A DNA stretch of 64,000 bases from Haplodiscus bocki. Its lineage: Eukaryota. The notes below the pieces were generated by a model, which saw only the letters and a list, made by a program, of their open reading frames with translations, was not told the DNA's origin and searched no databases. Position numbers and translations under genes: made by a program. Shown here in pieces: positions 1 through 11,315 of this stretch; the stretch's first letter is position 1; each line of letters opens with the position of its first letter. The stretch spans positions 58,342,001 through 58,406,000 of the forward strand of contig OZ296651.1 in assembly GCA_965655095.1 (NCBI GenBank). The letters run 5' to 3'.

Positions 1-1502
1 CGCATTCGCATCCGATGAAACACTTGCGTCTTGTTGGTGCCAATTTTGCGTACCAGCTAATTATTGTTTGGTAACACCTTTTCATTAATGTTCGGTCCAA
101 TCTAGCGAAATTCTGAAAATGGAATTTTACTCCCTTGATGGTCTGCTTTCGGCTGTAAGACATATACGTAATCTGCTTCTTTGAGTTTTGAAGCGTTGGC
201 CTTTGTCGTAATAAGCTTTATATTTGATGTACGCTTGCATGGCATTCTTGCAAACATCTTGATGGATCATTCGTGTTTGATCAAGAACATCTTGGGCAAT
301 TTGCGAAGTAGGAATGGGTTGCTGCTGTGGGCGAAGTCCCAGTTTAAATCTAATATATTCTAGGGAACGCGGCCGTGAAAGACTCGGCCTGGCTCACAGC
401 TAATGCTTGTGTGACAAGAAGTATTATATTTAAGGACCGCAATGTTGACGTATTTGTGCCACAATGATCTCCGCTCGCCTGTCTCAATCTTCAATGTTTG
501 CTTGATTGACGCGTGAGATCGCTCAAGTAGCCCAAATGTTTGAGCGTGCTTTGTAATGGCGTGCTTTAGAGTAATGCCAAGGACGCCGGCCACTTCTTTA
601 ATTACGTGAGACATAAAGGCTGTAGCTTTAACTGAGATGAGAGTGGTTGGTATGTGGGCGTGCTTTGTCATGATGTTAATTAAGATTTTCGCAATTGTTT
701 TGGCGTCCTGATTTGATGTCGGGTATGCAAATAAATAGCGGGAAAACACATCCATGGCTGTCACATTGTTTTCATAGCCACCACATGGCGGTAATTCCGG
801 CACCAAATTAATTTGCATGGCACCTTCGGGCGCAGTAATGTGCTCATTTGGGTTATGCAGGGTAGGGCGGTTGAGTCTACGATCAACGCGTGATTCTCTA
901 ATGCATTGTTCACATGACTTGACTGCCTCCCTGATTAACTGCGCCTTTTTTGGGAAATAATATTTTTCCCTGTAAGCAATGATTGTTTTAGAAATTCCTG
1001 GGTGTTTGCCAAATTCTCCATGTAGGCTGTGCAGAACTTCATTAACTAATTGCTTGGGTATGAAAATTTGGTAGTATTTGACGCTAGCTGTTTCTGCAAA
1101 ATATTTCCTGAACAGTAGGCTATCTTTAGGAATTATTCGGTCTTCGTTTGCCTTGTAGTTTTTGTATCGTGAGTCTGTCATCATTATTACTTCATCGTGT
1201 GGTTGGCCCAAGATTTTCAATGTCATGTTCTTCAGCACAAGATCGACATTTTGCGCTACTCGTGTTCTTGCATTTGCTTTAATTCCGTTCATGGAATACG
1301 ACGTAGTGTTCCCGTCGATCTTTGTGAATTCTTTCACACTTGTTTTCAAGACGGGTGATTCTTCTTTCATTGCCCATGGCTTCGCATTTCGTCTACACTG
1401 TTCTTTCAGTTCAAGGGTTTGTTCTTCTGATACGTCAATTTTGTCTGCTGGTGTGAAGAAAAAATGTTCTTCATCAGCGACATCAGAGGAAGAGGTTGTC
1501 AA
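1..1502 (-). pseudogene. Gypsy integrase (HHCC zinc finger, rve core, GPY/F-like C-terminus)
   Basis: LHGEFGKHPG...CEQC zinc-binding motif; core MDVFSRYLFAYP...LLERSH; broken continuation in 1-360 reads ...KYKAYYD...EFR*IGP...KVLPNNN*LVRKIGTNKTQ. Confidence 0.93.
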
Positions 1503-1637
1503 CTCGATGGGTGTTGTTTGGATATCTTCCCTGATTTCGAGACGTATCTTCTGCGTGACTTTAATATCAAGTCTAGAGAGAAAGTCAGCTGCAGTGTTGA
1601 CTGGTCCAGCAATGTGTGCTATTTTGAAGTTGAATTG

Positions 1638-3277
1638 CTATACATAATCACATGCATTCCAGAGTGCTGGTGGAATTGCCTTTGTTTGGAAGAAGCGTGT
1701 GACGGACTTGTTGTCTGTCAGGACAATTGTTGGCTTTGTTGCTTCCCACAAAGCGTGTGCAAACTCGAGAAATGCAATATATATTGCCAAATATTCTTCT
1801 GAGTATATGGACATTTTAAGTTGTGCGGGGGAGAAAGTTTTTGAGCCAAATGCCACGGGGGCGTACGTTTTCCGCTTTGATTGTATTTCCTGATCAGGAT
1901 TTTCCTCGATTATGAGGGCATATCCAGCAATCCTGAAGCTGGCATCCGTCATTAAGACGAGCTGTTTCCCTGGAATGGGATGTCAGTGCTAATTGGCAAG
2001 CATCACTGAGAGCTTTTTTGACTGAATCAAATGTTTTTTTCAACTCTGACGTGATATTGATTGGCATTTCCGTTTTAAGCAATTCGTAGAACGGATTGGG
2101 TTTTTCAGCCATTCTGGGAATATAATTTCTGTAGTAGCTCACAAAACCCAGATATCGCTGTAATGCCTTTTTTGATTTGGGGAATCTAAGCTTGTCTAGA
2201 AAATTTTGAATTTTCCGGGCTTGTGGCGAGATTCATTCTGGTGAAAGTGTTCTTTCTAGGAATTTAACTTGTCTGACTCCAAAGTGGCATTTCTCTTTTG
2301 TCAGTTTCAATCCTGCTTGGCGAATGCACTTGAATACTGCCCGAATGTTCCGGGTAAGGTCCGTAGCATTTTTGGCTGCAATTCCAATGTCGTCTACGTA
2401 TTGAGCACATTGGTCAGCTTTGACGACCGGGTCCAAGTACTCACGCGTGAAACTTGAAAATGCAGACACAGATCTGCTAAGTCCTTGTGCGAGTCTTTTA
2501 TAGGCAAAGGTTCTGCTGGCGAAATTGAACGCGAGCATTTCCACTGACCGTTGGTCCGCAATCTGCAAACAGTGATAAGCTTGGGAGCAATCTAGTTTGC
2601 AGAACAGTGACTTCCCTGCCAAGTGATGTGCTGCGTCTGACAGAGTGCTAACTGGATGATTGTTGTTAGTATAGTCATCCGCAATCAGACTGTTGGTTTT
2701 CCGTAGATCCACAAGGAGACGTAATTTTCCGTTGGGCTTCCGTTGTGCAAATATGGGGCTTGCGTACTTGGACAAAGTCAGTAGTGTGATGATTCCATGT
2801 TTTTGCATTAGAGCCAATTCGACAATTAGGTCTTCTTTCAGGTGGATCGGCATTGGTAGAAGTTGGTTATAGACAGCTTTGTTGTCTTTGGGCGTTAGTT
2901 TCACTTTGAATTTGTTGTTCATCCCATTATCCATTCTATGTCTGGCGAAAATGGCATGATAATCAACCAGAATATCTTCAATTGCTTGTTTGTCCATTTC
3001 TGTAAGAAGTGTATCAGTCCAATCAAATCGTTTGAGAAATTTGTTTCGAGATTCTGTGCTCTCTTCTGGATTGAGTATTTCCTTTTTCCTTTAGTTCATT
3101 CAGTTCATTGAGGATTCTTGTCTGTATTGGGGTGTGATCCTCAGGCTTTCCAGGTTTTTCAGGTGTTGGGAACCAGAATGTGTTATCTTGCTGCTCGGGT
3201 TCATTCGTTCTGAGAAGTTCATCTAGGTAGGCATTCGGGTCAGGATCACTTTGTGGAACCATACTAAGGATTGCCAT
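1638..3277 (-). pseudogene. Gypsy reverse transcriptase and RNase H (frameshifted)
   Basis: SPIFAQRKPNGKLRLLVDLRK, LDCSQAYH and YVDDI (RT); TDAS...AFGSK...TDNKS (RNase H). Confidence 0.95.
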
Positions 3278-4050
3278 ATCTACTGGTTTGATGTGCTTGG
3301 ATTGCTCCGGAGTAACTACGGAGAACTCTGCAATCTGTGTGTTTTTTGATTAGATATGGTGATTCCATTGTATTGGTTACTGTGACTGCTATTTTCTTGT
3401 CAATTATTGTCGACATTGAGTGAGAAATCAGCAAACCTGCTGTTTTTGTAAACTCCAATGGTGTCACAGTTCCTGTTGTGTTCCATTTTGACGGATAGTC
3501 AATGAAGGCTGTGATTGTTTTCGTTGTGTTTGGTGGTATGGTCAGGGCTTCGTCAGTGATGACTGGCTCTGGTTTGGTGATTGTTTCACTTGAGGCCATT
3601 TTAACCTGCATTTCCAAGTGCGGGAAATGTATGAGGCCGTGTGTCGTGTCAATGACTACACTGTTGTTCCTCATAAAATGCAACCCATTTATTGGCCCTG
3701 TTAATTTTTTCATTACGACGAAGTGCTCAGTGAAAGTATTATCGCCAATTTTAATTTTTAGTGTGGCTGTTGATAATGATTTTTCTAATTGGCCATGGGC
3801 TACTTGTATTTGAAAGTTGGGAGGGTCGTCGATTTTGAGAATAATTTTCGGGGCTTTCTGTTTTATTGTGTCCAAGTCATCCTGGGCAATTGCACTGACA
3901 AATGCAGCTGGGTCCACTAGAGTATCTATCGTTAGATTTTTCTCAAAATCCAGAGGCACAAAGAGCATTTCTTGCTTTCGTTTCAGGACTACTGTAGAAG
4001 TTAATGGGAGATATACCTCGTTTGTTTGTTCATCTCACACCAACCCTTCC
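3264..4050 (-). pseudogene. Gypsy aspartic protease plus downstream spacer domain
   Basis: LVDPAAFVSAI (degenerate D-S-G-A) and PINGLHFM (ILG-x-DF-like) motifs between gag and RT. Confidence 0.8.
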
Positions 4051-4430
4051 TCAATTAGTGGGGTTGCAGTGGTGAGAGGTGGAGTTGTTGAATCTCCATT
4101 AGGGGTAGTCGTTACATGCTGTTCCGTGTTTTGGATATCGGTAGCGGATTTCTTGGAGCAGTTAGGGAACGGTACTGGCTTTTTCCCATTTTGATATCCT
4201 GGAGGGCGTTCCGTGGAGGCTACGTGGTTCTGTGGTTGAGTTCCCTTGGGTGGTGAAGTTTGGCTTGCTACATTCGTCTTTGAAGTCGAGTTATTATTAG
4301 TATTATTTAAGTTATCTTTATTTGTGGTGATTTCCGTAGGTTGCTGCCACACAACCTCGGGAATTGGTGGAAGTTTTGATATTTAAGTTGTCTCCGGTCT
4401 GTCAATGCAGCGCCGGAGTGAAGCCGTGGC

Positions 4431-6069
4431 GTGGCTAGTTTAAAGTTTGGGCTGCAGCTTGGACGTTCCCATCTGAGTCGCTTTGAGCATTTCCCTGTTG
4501 GACTTGGTTTTGTCCTTCCGGTCTTCGATTCCGGGAGGCGGTCTGTTTGCTCCGTTTGCTCCAAGGTAGCCTTTCTCTGTGGAGTGGTTAGTTCTACCAC
4601 AGGTCTCACAGGGTGTGAAGACAGGTCTGGATCTTCTGTCTCTTTGATTCTTTGTATTGTTCGCTGTGGTATTGTGTGAAACTTTGTTGTTGGGGTTAGA
4701 GTTTTGTTGGGCACCACCATTGTTTTTGTTTGTACTATTCGTATTGTTTCGGGTTTGGCCTTTTTCTCGTTTGAGTTGACGGCACTGATTTTGATAGTGA
4801 CCTGGTTTTTTTGCAATGGTAGCACGTTGGTTTGGGCTTTTCAGAGTTTTGCTGTGGGGCTTGTTGCGTCACAGTGTTTATTGGCATTTCATCTGGGGCT
4901 TCCAAACCATTCAGTTCCAACTCCTTTTCAAGATGCGACACAATCTGTTCATATGTGCCATTCTCCAAATGCGCCTGGTTTAAATGATTTCTTTAGGTGA
5001 GGAGGCTTTTTGGCATAGATGAATTGCTCGATAATTGCTTGAGCGGCAACTCCGAATGCGTCTTTGGCCAATTTCTGGAGTTCATCTAGAAAGTCAATTA
5101 AATTCTGGTTTGCAGGACTGAAGACCAGTCGTTGAAAATTGTGTTTTGCCGCAGCCATTGACTGAGGTTTCACGTTTTTTCTACGGAACACAGTCAGGAT
5201 TTCTCCCAAGTTCTCTCGGTTGGGGTTGGTGATGTTTATGGAGGTTTGCAATGCATCACCTCACATGACAGAGTGGAAGTAATTTATTTTGTTTTCTTCC
5301 GTCAGCTGATTGTGGATTTTCAAACTTGTTTGGAATAGATCTTCAAACAGTTCGAATTTCTTCATTTTTCCATCAAATGTGGACCTTGTAGTTGTGAGGG
5401 ATTTAGGCAATTTCGAGATTCTGCCGATATTGTTGTTGAAATTGGCTGAATTGCTGTTCGTCGCCAATTGTTGAAGGGCCAACAGAATCTGGTCTGCTTC
5501 AATTGTCGCAGGGGTATTCTCACTGCGAAATTGAGGCTGACTTGTGGAGCGCGCGTTCTTTTTTTTCCTGACGAAGTACTAGGGGAGCAGTAGGGAACCT
5601 TTTCTCGAGTTCCTGTCACCTTGTGAGGGTCCTCGCGAATTCCTTCTGTAAATCCTGTCACCACGTGATGGGCGAGTTATGCCTCTGGGCTGTTAATTTT
5701 ACCAGAGTGGCGAGAAAAGGACCTCGCTTCAGGGTAGGGATCGCCTGAGGAACGATCCGCATTGGTTTCCCAATTTTCTGAATTGTTGCTCCTGGATGTT
5801 CCCGGAACAGCTACGGAACAAGTCCGAACTTGTGGGTTCAGAAGGAAGTCGTCAATTTTTGACAATGCACCCAAGATACGTGACTCTGTTCTGTTAAATT
5901 CCTTTGAGAGTTTCTTAGTTACTCTCCCTTCAATCTCCTCGGAAACCTGAGAGATGTAATCTTGAGTCAAATCTGGGTCAAGAGTGTTCTGTCCTCTACT
6001 GCATCTACTGCTTTCAGGTGTTTCTCTCGAAACTGCTGCTAGTTTCACCTTATTTCTCAGCGTTGCCAT
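4431..6069 (-). pseudogene. Gypsy gag (frameshifted), starting inside the LTR
   Basis: MATLRNK... ORF is in frame (405 nt offset, one intervening stop) with the PBS-spanning VVTG ORF; capsid-like FDGK..KFELFEDLF segment; knuckle remnants CYHCKK and CETCGRTNH. Confidence 0.85.
5611..5663 (-). promoter_or_regulatory. Primer-binding site plus a degenerate second copy 42 bp downstream
   Basis: CATCACG-TGGTGACAGGA (from 5663) and CCTCACA-AGGTGACAGGA (from 5621). Confidence 0.7.
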
Positions 6070-7425
6070 GAGACTTAGGGAAAAGTTTTATTAGCGATGA
6101 AGACTGAATTTGAGCTTTATTTCGTAATGAAAAGGTGATTATCTACTCTTAGTTTGAGGGAAAAGAGTCTCCAAATAAATACAACAGTCAATGGTTTCGA
6201 AGGTACAATATCAAACGGCTACATTTTTTTTAATAATAATTGTACTTTTATTTCTCCTATTTATACCTTTCCTTGGCGGGAAACTTAATTGTTTAAACGC
6301 CAAGTCGAGGTAAAAATAGGGAAAAGTACTTTAGTCATATTATTTATCAAAGGAAAAGATGCCGACTCTGGCGTGATATGAACACCCTTCCGTCCATTTC
6401 TTCCTTCACGGACCGCGTCTTTTCCATCTTTCGACGGAAAAAGTACGGGTCCGATCCGTCGGAAATGGACATCAAAGTGGTTATTCCCGCGCCGACACAA
6501 TAATTAAAAACATAAACAAAAGATCAAAGAAGTTTCCATAAGAGGAAAATACTAATATAAAGTAGAAAAATAATTTAAAGTATGGAAAAAATAAAGGTTA
6601 TAAATAGTAAAAGGTTCATGTTTACATGCTGCATTGTTTAAATCCACCGTTGGGGAAAAACTAGCCCTATTTCTTAGCCAATTCCACGTTTCTATTAGCT
6701 CACTCCTCACTTTGCCCGGAACATTCCGTGGCGACTATGTAGCCGCTTGTAGCACTGCTTTCCGCAGTGCTACTGAGGAGAATGATTCTGGTAGCTACGT
6801 AGACGTTCCGTGTCCGCCCAAAGTGAAAGAGCGTAGTGGCACAGCGGATTGGCTGGAATTCTAGTGACGTCACCAGATTACTTGCGACGGAACACATACG
6901 TAACAAATATTCACTTTTAAAGTCAAGCTCTGTTCGAATAGTCAAGCTATTCAAAACTTGTTAAACTGTCAATCTAAAAAATTTACTGCACAGATTGAAA
7001 AGGTGGATTATAATAATTTAGAAGAATTATATAAAATAGCAACTAATATTAATATAAAACTACAGTGAATATCCGTTTGCTGCGTATCTATTCCGTCCCA
7101 ATAAGGATCAGTTCACCAGAATTACACGTATCGGATACGTGCTTTCTACATGAATTGAGTATTATGGGAAGATACGTAAGTACTACGTATCGTCTACATG
7201 AGTTACATGTGTGCGTAATAGGTGGATACGTACCTACTACGTATTCTAAATTTAAATTAATGAGTAGACGATGCGTTAAGTAATTAAATGGAAAAAATCA
7301 TTAGTTTAATAGTTCATAAGTGAGTTTGGAATATCTTTGAAGTTTCTCATTCCCGTTTGAGGGACCTGGGGTGTCCTTCACCGAGAGGATCGTCTGACCG
7401 CAGGCTTCGCAGATGTGCTGCGACA
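5664..7425 (-). repeat. 5' LTR (~1.76 kb) of the Gypsy element
   Basis: Collinear conserved blocks with the solo LTR 34609-36329 from TGTCGCAG to the end; immediately followed by TGGTGACAG. Confidence 0.8.
6256..6304 (-). promoter_or_regulatory. Putative LTR core promoter: E2F-like TTTCCCGCCAA followed by TATAAATAGG
   Basis: Same motif pair conserved in the solo LTR (35731-35759) while surrounding sequence diverges. Confidence 0.55.
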
Positions 7426-8513
7426 GATAGCGAGGTTCTGAGGAAGAAATTTTTGCAAACTATGCCTGGATTTAATTTTTGTCAGTCACATCAGCTTTTA
7501 TGAGGGTCGCTGTTTTCTGAAGGGGTTTCAATCAGAGAACCACTTGTGGGAACACACTTTACCACAAATGAAAAATACCATCATAGTGTTTCAGAATATC
7601 GCTTTTAGATGCTGTTTAGTAGTGCAAAGATTTCTCTTGGTCAAAGTGTCACAAGGTAAGTGTTTTTGCTTAAAATATCTAAGGTTTCATGTCGTTTAGA
7701 TGTATACCCGTCTCCTCTTCTCATTTTTTGTATACGGTGTCGAAAAAACCTTCTACAGAATCGTTAACAAAGGAACACTCGCAGTGTCTGTAGAGATTTG
7801 GTTTCACTTCATTACCTAAGGAAAGCGGACAAACATTCAATGAAGAAAATTATCCGACAAGAGAAACGGTAAATTTTGCGAAACGATGTTTGGTATCATA
7901 TCGTTGTCGCAACTGTTGCTCGGATAGTAGTTCTAGTCTCAGTTAGCTGTGTTACTAAGAAAAGACTTTCTGGTGATCAATTTTTCTGTTAGATTGATGT
8001 AATTCAAAACAAGAGGTGCGGCGGCGTCGGCATAATTTTGTACAAAGGGGGCGCAGAAATGAATGATAGAATGTAAATCAAAATAAATTTGACCAAGGGA
8101 AACAGTACTATGAATGAAAAGAGTTTTCTGAAGAAAAACCGATACGAATTGCAGTTTTTGGCAATTTCATACTATTCTATTTCAAATGCAATTAAGATAG
8201 TCCATTTTATCTTCGTGGATTATAAAAACAAAAACATCTGTCAAAAAAACTCTGTCGGTGAGTACAGTTTATTTTTCAAGCAGGCAAAAAGTTTCGCCTG
8301 GTTTTCGTCGAAGACAGCCTGTTTTAATACTTAGAGAACACTCTTTTATGTTATTGACCGACTATTTTTGCTGAACGTTTCCCGCATCTGGAATATAGCC
8401 CAAATAACTTAAACTCTACACCGTGTGAACCAGCGAAATTGGAAACGTATTGTAATCAAGTTTAATGTTAGAAACGTTGATTACCATGTTTTACGGTGCC
8501 ACGTTAATTGCTT

Positions 8514-10631
8514 GGCACTACAACTTGCCATAAGCGACAACTTGCCATAAGCGACAACTCGCCATTAAATCCAAAAGGCGACAATTTGCCACAAATTTAA
8601 AAAGGCGGCAACTTGCCGCAAAACTTCAAAGGCGACAACTAGCCACAAAAGATAGGACGCGGCCGTACGTTTCAGTGAAAATGCGCGCATTGTTTACCAA
8701 TTAATTAAACAATTAAACTGATTGACAGATTAAATTTAAACTTACAAATTACTGTCGAAAATAAATTTCACTTCATTAATGATTGACAAGTTGAATCGAA
8801 CGTTCCTCAGGTGGCTCAGAAGCCTTGTTTACAAACATGAGTTACTTCAAAAGCTTTACTTGAAATGTTTCTCTGATATCTTTCACATTGCTATGCAAAC
8901 AAATTGCACATGATTTCTTCATAAAGAGGTCAACTTGACCGTGTTCAAGAGGTACGATATGTGACTATCGCAACTATAATTGAGGTTCGACTCTCAGAAT
9001 CCGCTCTAAATTTTACCGAATTATAGATCGCTTCGGTGATTAGTTACCCATTCCTAGGTAATCAAGGAAATTTCAGGAAAAGTGAGGCTCCGTGACAACA
9101 CGTGATGGGGGTGGAGCGGGGAAAAGGGGAAACTAAACCCTTGACTGAGGCGAACGTTTTGCAATATTCAGAATCTTCAAATTCGCCTTCCTTGATTAGG
9201 TACATTTCGCTGTATTTTTGGGGGTTTGGTTGATCAAGTCAAACCTGGAACACTTTTTTACACTAAGGAAAAACGATGTTGCAGTTACATATCAATTAAA
9301 CAAGCACATCTTAAGCTGACAACAAGTACATTCAAAAATCAAAATTCAATGAAAGTCCTTCTAGAACAGACAACACATTACTGCTTTGATAATGGTTGAG
9401 AAGTTGCTGAAGACGCTGGCGGTGACGCTCTACTTTGGCATTGACTGGCAAAATTTCTCCTGCGCGTATTCTTGCAATGCGGTTTTCAGTGAAGCTCTGC
9501 TCCTTGCGCAGGTACTGCAAGAATTTTGTAATCGTGGGGTGAGCGAATCCCATGCCCAATTGGAAGGCTCTATGCCACCCTTCAACGTTGTTAATGGTCT
9601 TCTGGTTACCATTTCGCGCATTTTCGAACTAATTCCAAAGAAGGATTCAAAACAATGGTTTACTTCTTTTTCCAAGACGACCAGGACTTCCAGGCCAAGT
9701 TTCTTTGAAGTATTCCAGATAACATTTGATTTGTGGAAAACTTTCCGATGCCGAACATACTTGATCGAAGCCCATAATTACGTCTTCGGGAGGAATTAGG
9801 GCCAATGATACGCAAGACTTCATCAAAATTCTAACTTCCATTTGTTGACCGTATACTTTTTTCAGTCCAAGGTCTTGTACTTTGCGCCAGTTGGCGAAGT
9901 GGAAGAAGCAACCTGCAAAAAACAGCAGGGACGCTAATTTTTTTCTGAAACGAAATTGTTGCTGTTGTATCTTGAACAATTTTTCTTGGCTGCTCGTTGG
10001 AATTCGCGGCTTTCTCTTTCATCTTTTCCAAAACCTTCAGTTGCTCCGAATGCTTCAAATCTGGTTCGTGCAAGTGGTCTCGTGTTGTGAAAACGTTGTC
10101 TTCGAACGTTGTTGCAATGGCTTTGCACTGTCTTTTGTCGCGTCTCCACGTTTTTAATCCATCTTTTTCGCGTAAAGGGCAGTACAAGTAGCCTACATGC
10201 TTCAGTTTGGGCTTTCCCCGTTGACTTTTGACAAATTCTAAAACCATGGCTAGTTCGAGTGGTATTGGCAGTTGTAAATATTAAATGTATATCTGGTTCA
10301 ATATTTGAGACAAATGAGTGATGATGTCTTGTACTCGTGTTGAGTTTTCGCACCTGTAAATTGATGATTATCTAAATCCGTTTAATGCAGACTTAGTTAG
10401 TATTTGTGTTATTGGTTAATTATTTATTATTCAGTGGATTAACCTGCTAATTTTTATTTCTTGGTTGAGCGCTTTAATCTAATCAGTTTAATTATTATGG
10501 CAAGTTGTCGCCCCTCCTTTTTGTGGCGACCTGTCGCCTCGATCGACTTGTGGCAAGTTGTCGCCTTTTGATTCCAATGGAGACTTGTCGCTTATGGCAA
10601 GTTGTCGCTTATGGCAAGTTGTCGTTTTACG
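8514..10631 (-). mobile_element. Mutator/MULE DNA transposon, internally deleted
   Basis: ~130-bp TIRs built of GCGACAACTTGCCA repeats; TSD AATTGCTT at 8506-8513 and 10632-10639; transposase remnant inside. Confidence 0.92.
9332..10247 (-). pseudogene. FLYWCH-MULE transposase remnant
   Basis: SQRGKPKL...YLY...WR...CKA...HLH (FLYWCH) joined to GCFFHF (CxxH) and NNVEGWH (catalytic E); the segment with the two catalytic Asp residues is missing. Confidence 0.88.
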
Positions 10632-10794
10632 AATTGCTTCTGGATTTGTGTTAAATTAAATGTTGAAGGTCTTACAGCTCCAAAATTAGTTTTCCCTTTT
10701 CGCTATGGTTAGTTACAGACCAGATATTGGGCGTCGAATTTCAGATTTTGTTGAAAATGGCCTATTTCGAGAGGTCATTTCAATCTCTAGATAG

Positions 10795-11315
10795 GGATTA
10801 TTTTCAAAACAATATTTAATTTTTTCCGCTCATATTTAAATATGGAAGGAAAATCATTCTTTCAAAACGTTTTTCTTTATGCTTACTTGCCAATTGCGCG
10901 GGCAGAATGTCCAAACCGGTCGCTTCTCAATTTGAAAACTTTTTATCACCAGTTCATTGCAAACCTGCCGTAGAATGCAACTGAAATAGAAAGGTTTTTA
11001 AATAAGAATGAAATTTGGTGAAATTTTCGGAAAAAAAATTTTTCCAGAAAAAAAACGATTATTTTTCAAAATCGGTAAAGGTGACAAATCTGTTGTCGGA
11101 TTTGCGTAATATCATATGATTTCTTAAGAATGTCTTTCCACCAGAATGGAGTTTCTTTTCTGCAAAAAAATCAGAATATTTTTTAATTTAGAGAAGTTAG
11201 AAAATTTCCTGAAGAAAGAGTATTTATGATAAAAAACACGCTTTCAACCTTCCAAAAAGCATCTTTGTAAAAGTTGGAGGGCGGAAAATATGCCACTGGT
11301 AGTGGGCCGTCTTTT
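10795..11315 (-). repeat. Dispersed non-autonomous repeat, copy 1 (Helentron/HINE-like)
   Basis: Reverse complement shares AAGACGGCC..CTACCA..GCATATTTTCCGCC and CATTCTAC blocks with copies at 42.5, 46.2 and 61.8 kb. Confidence 0.75.

Larger units (their letters stand above)
1..7425 (-). mobile_element. Ty3/Gypsy LTR retrotransposon, degenerate; 3' end lies beyond the left edge of the window
   Basis: Domain order gag(CCHC)-PR-RT-RNaseH-IN in frameshifted minus-strand ORFs; 5' LTR begins TGTCGCAG at 7425; PBS TGGTGACAG at 5663. Confidence 0.96.

Noticed and set aside
1162-5000. Plus-strand ORFs overlapping the Gypsy pol/gag
   Set aside because: Antisense shadows of the minus-strand coding sequence with no independent motifs.
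7065-7425. Short ~360-bp LTR (TG...TTCAC) as the true LTR
   Set aside because: No PBS follows, and homology with the second copy continues 1.4 kb further to a CA end with TSD and PBS.
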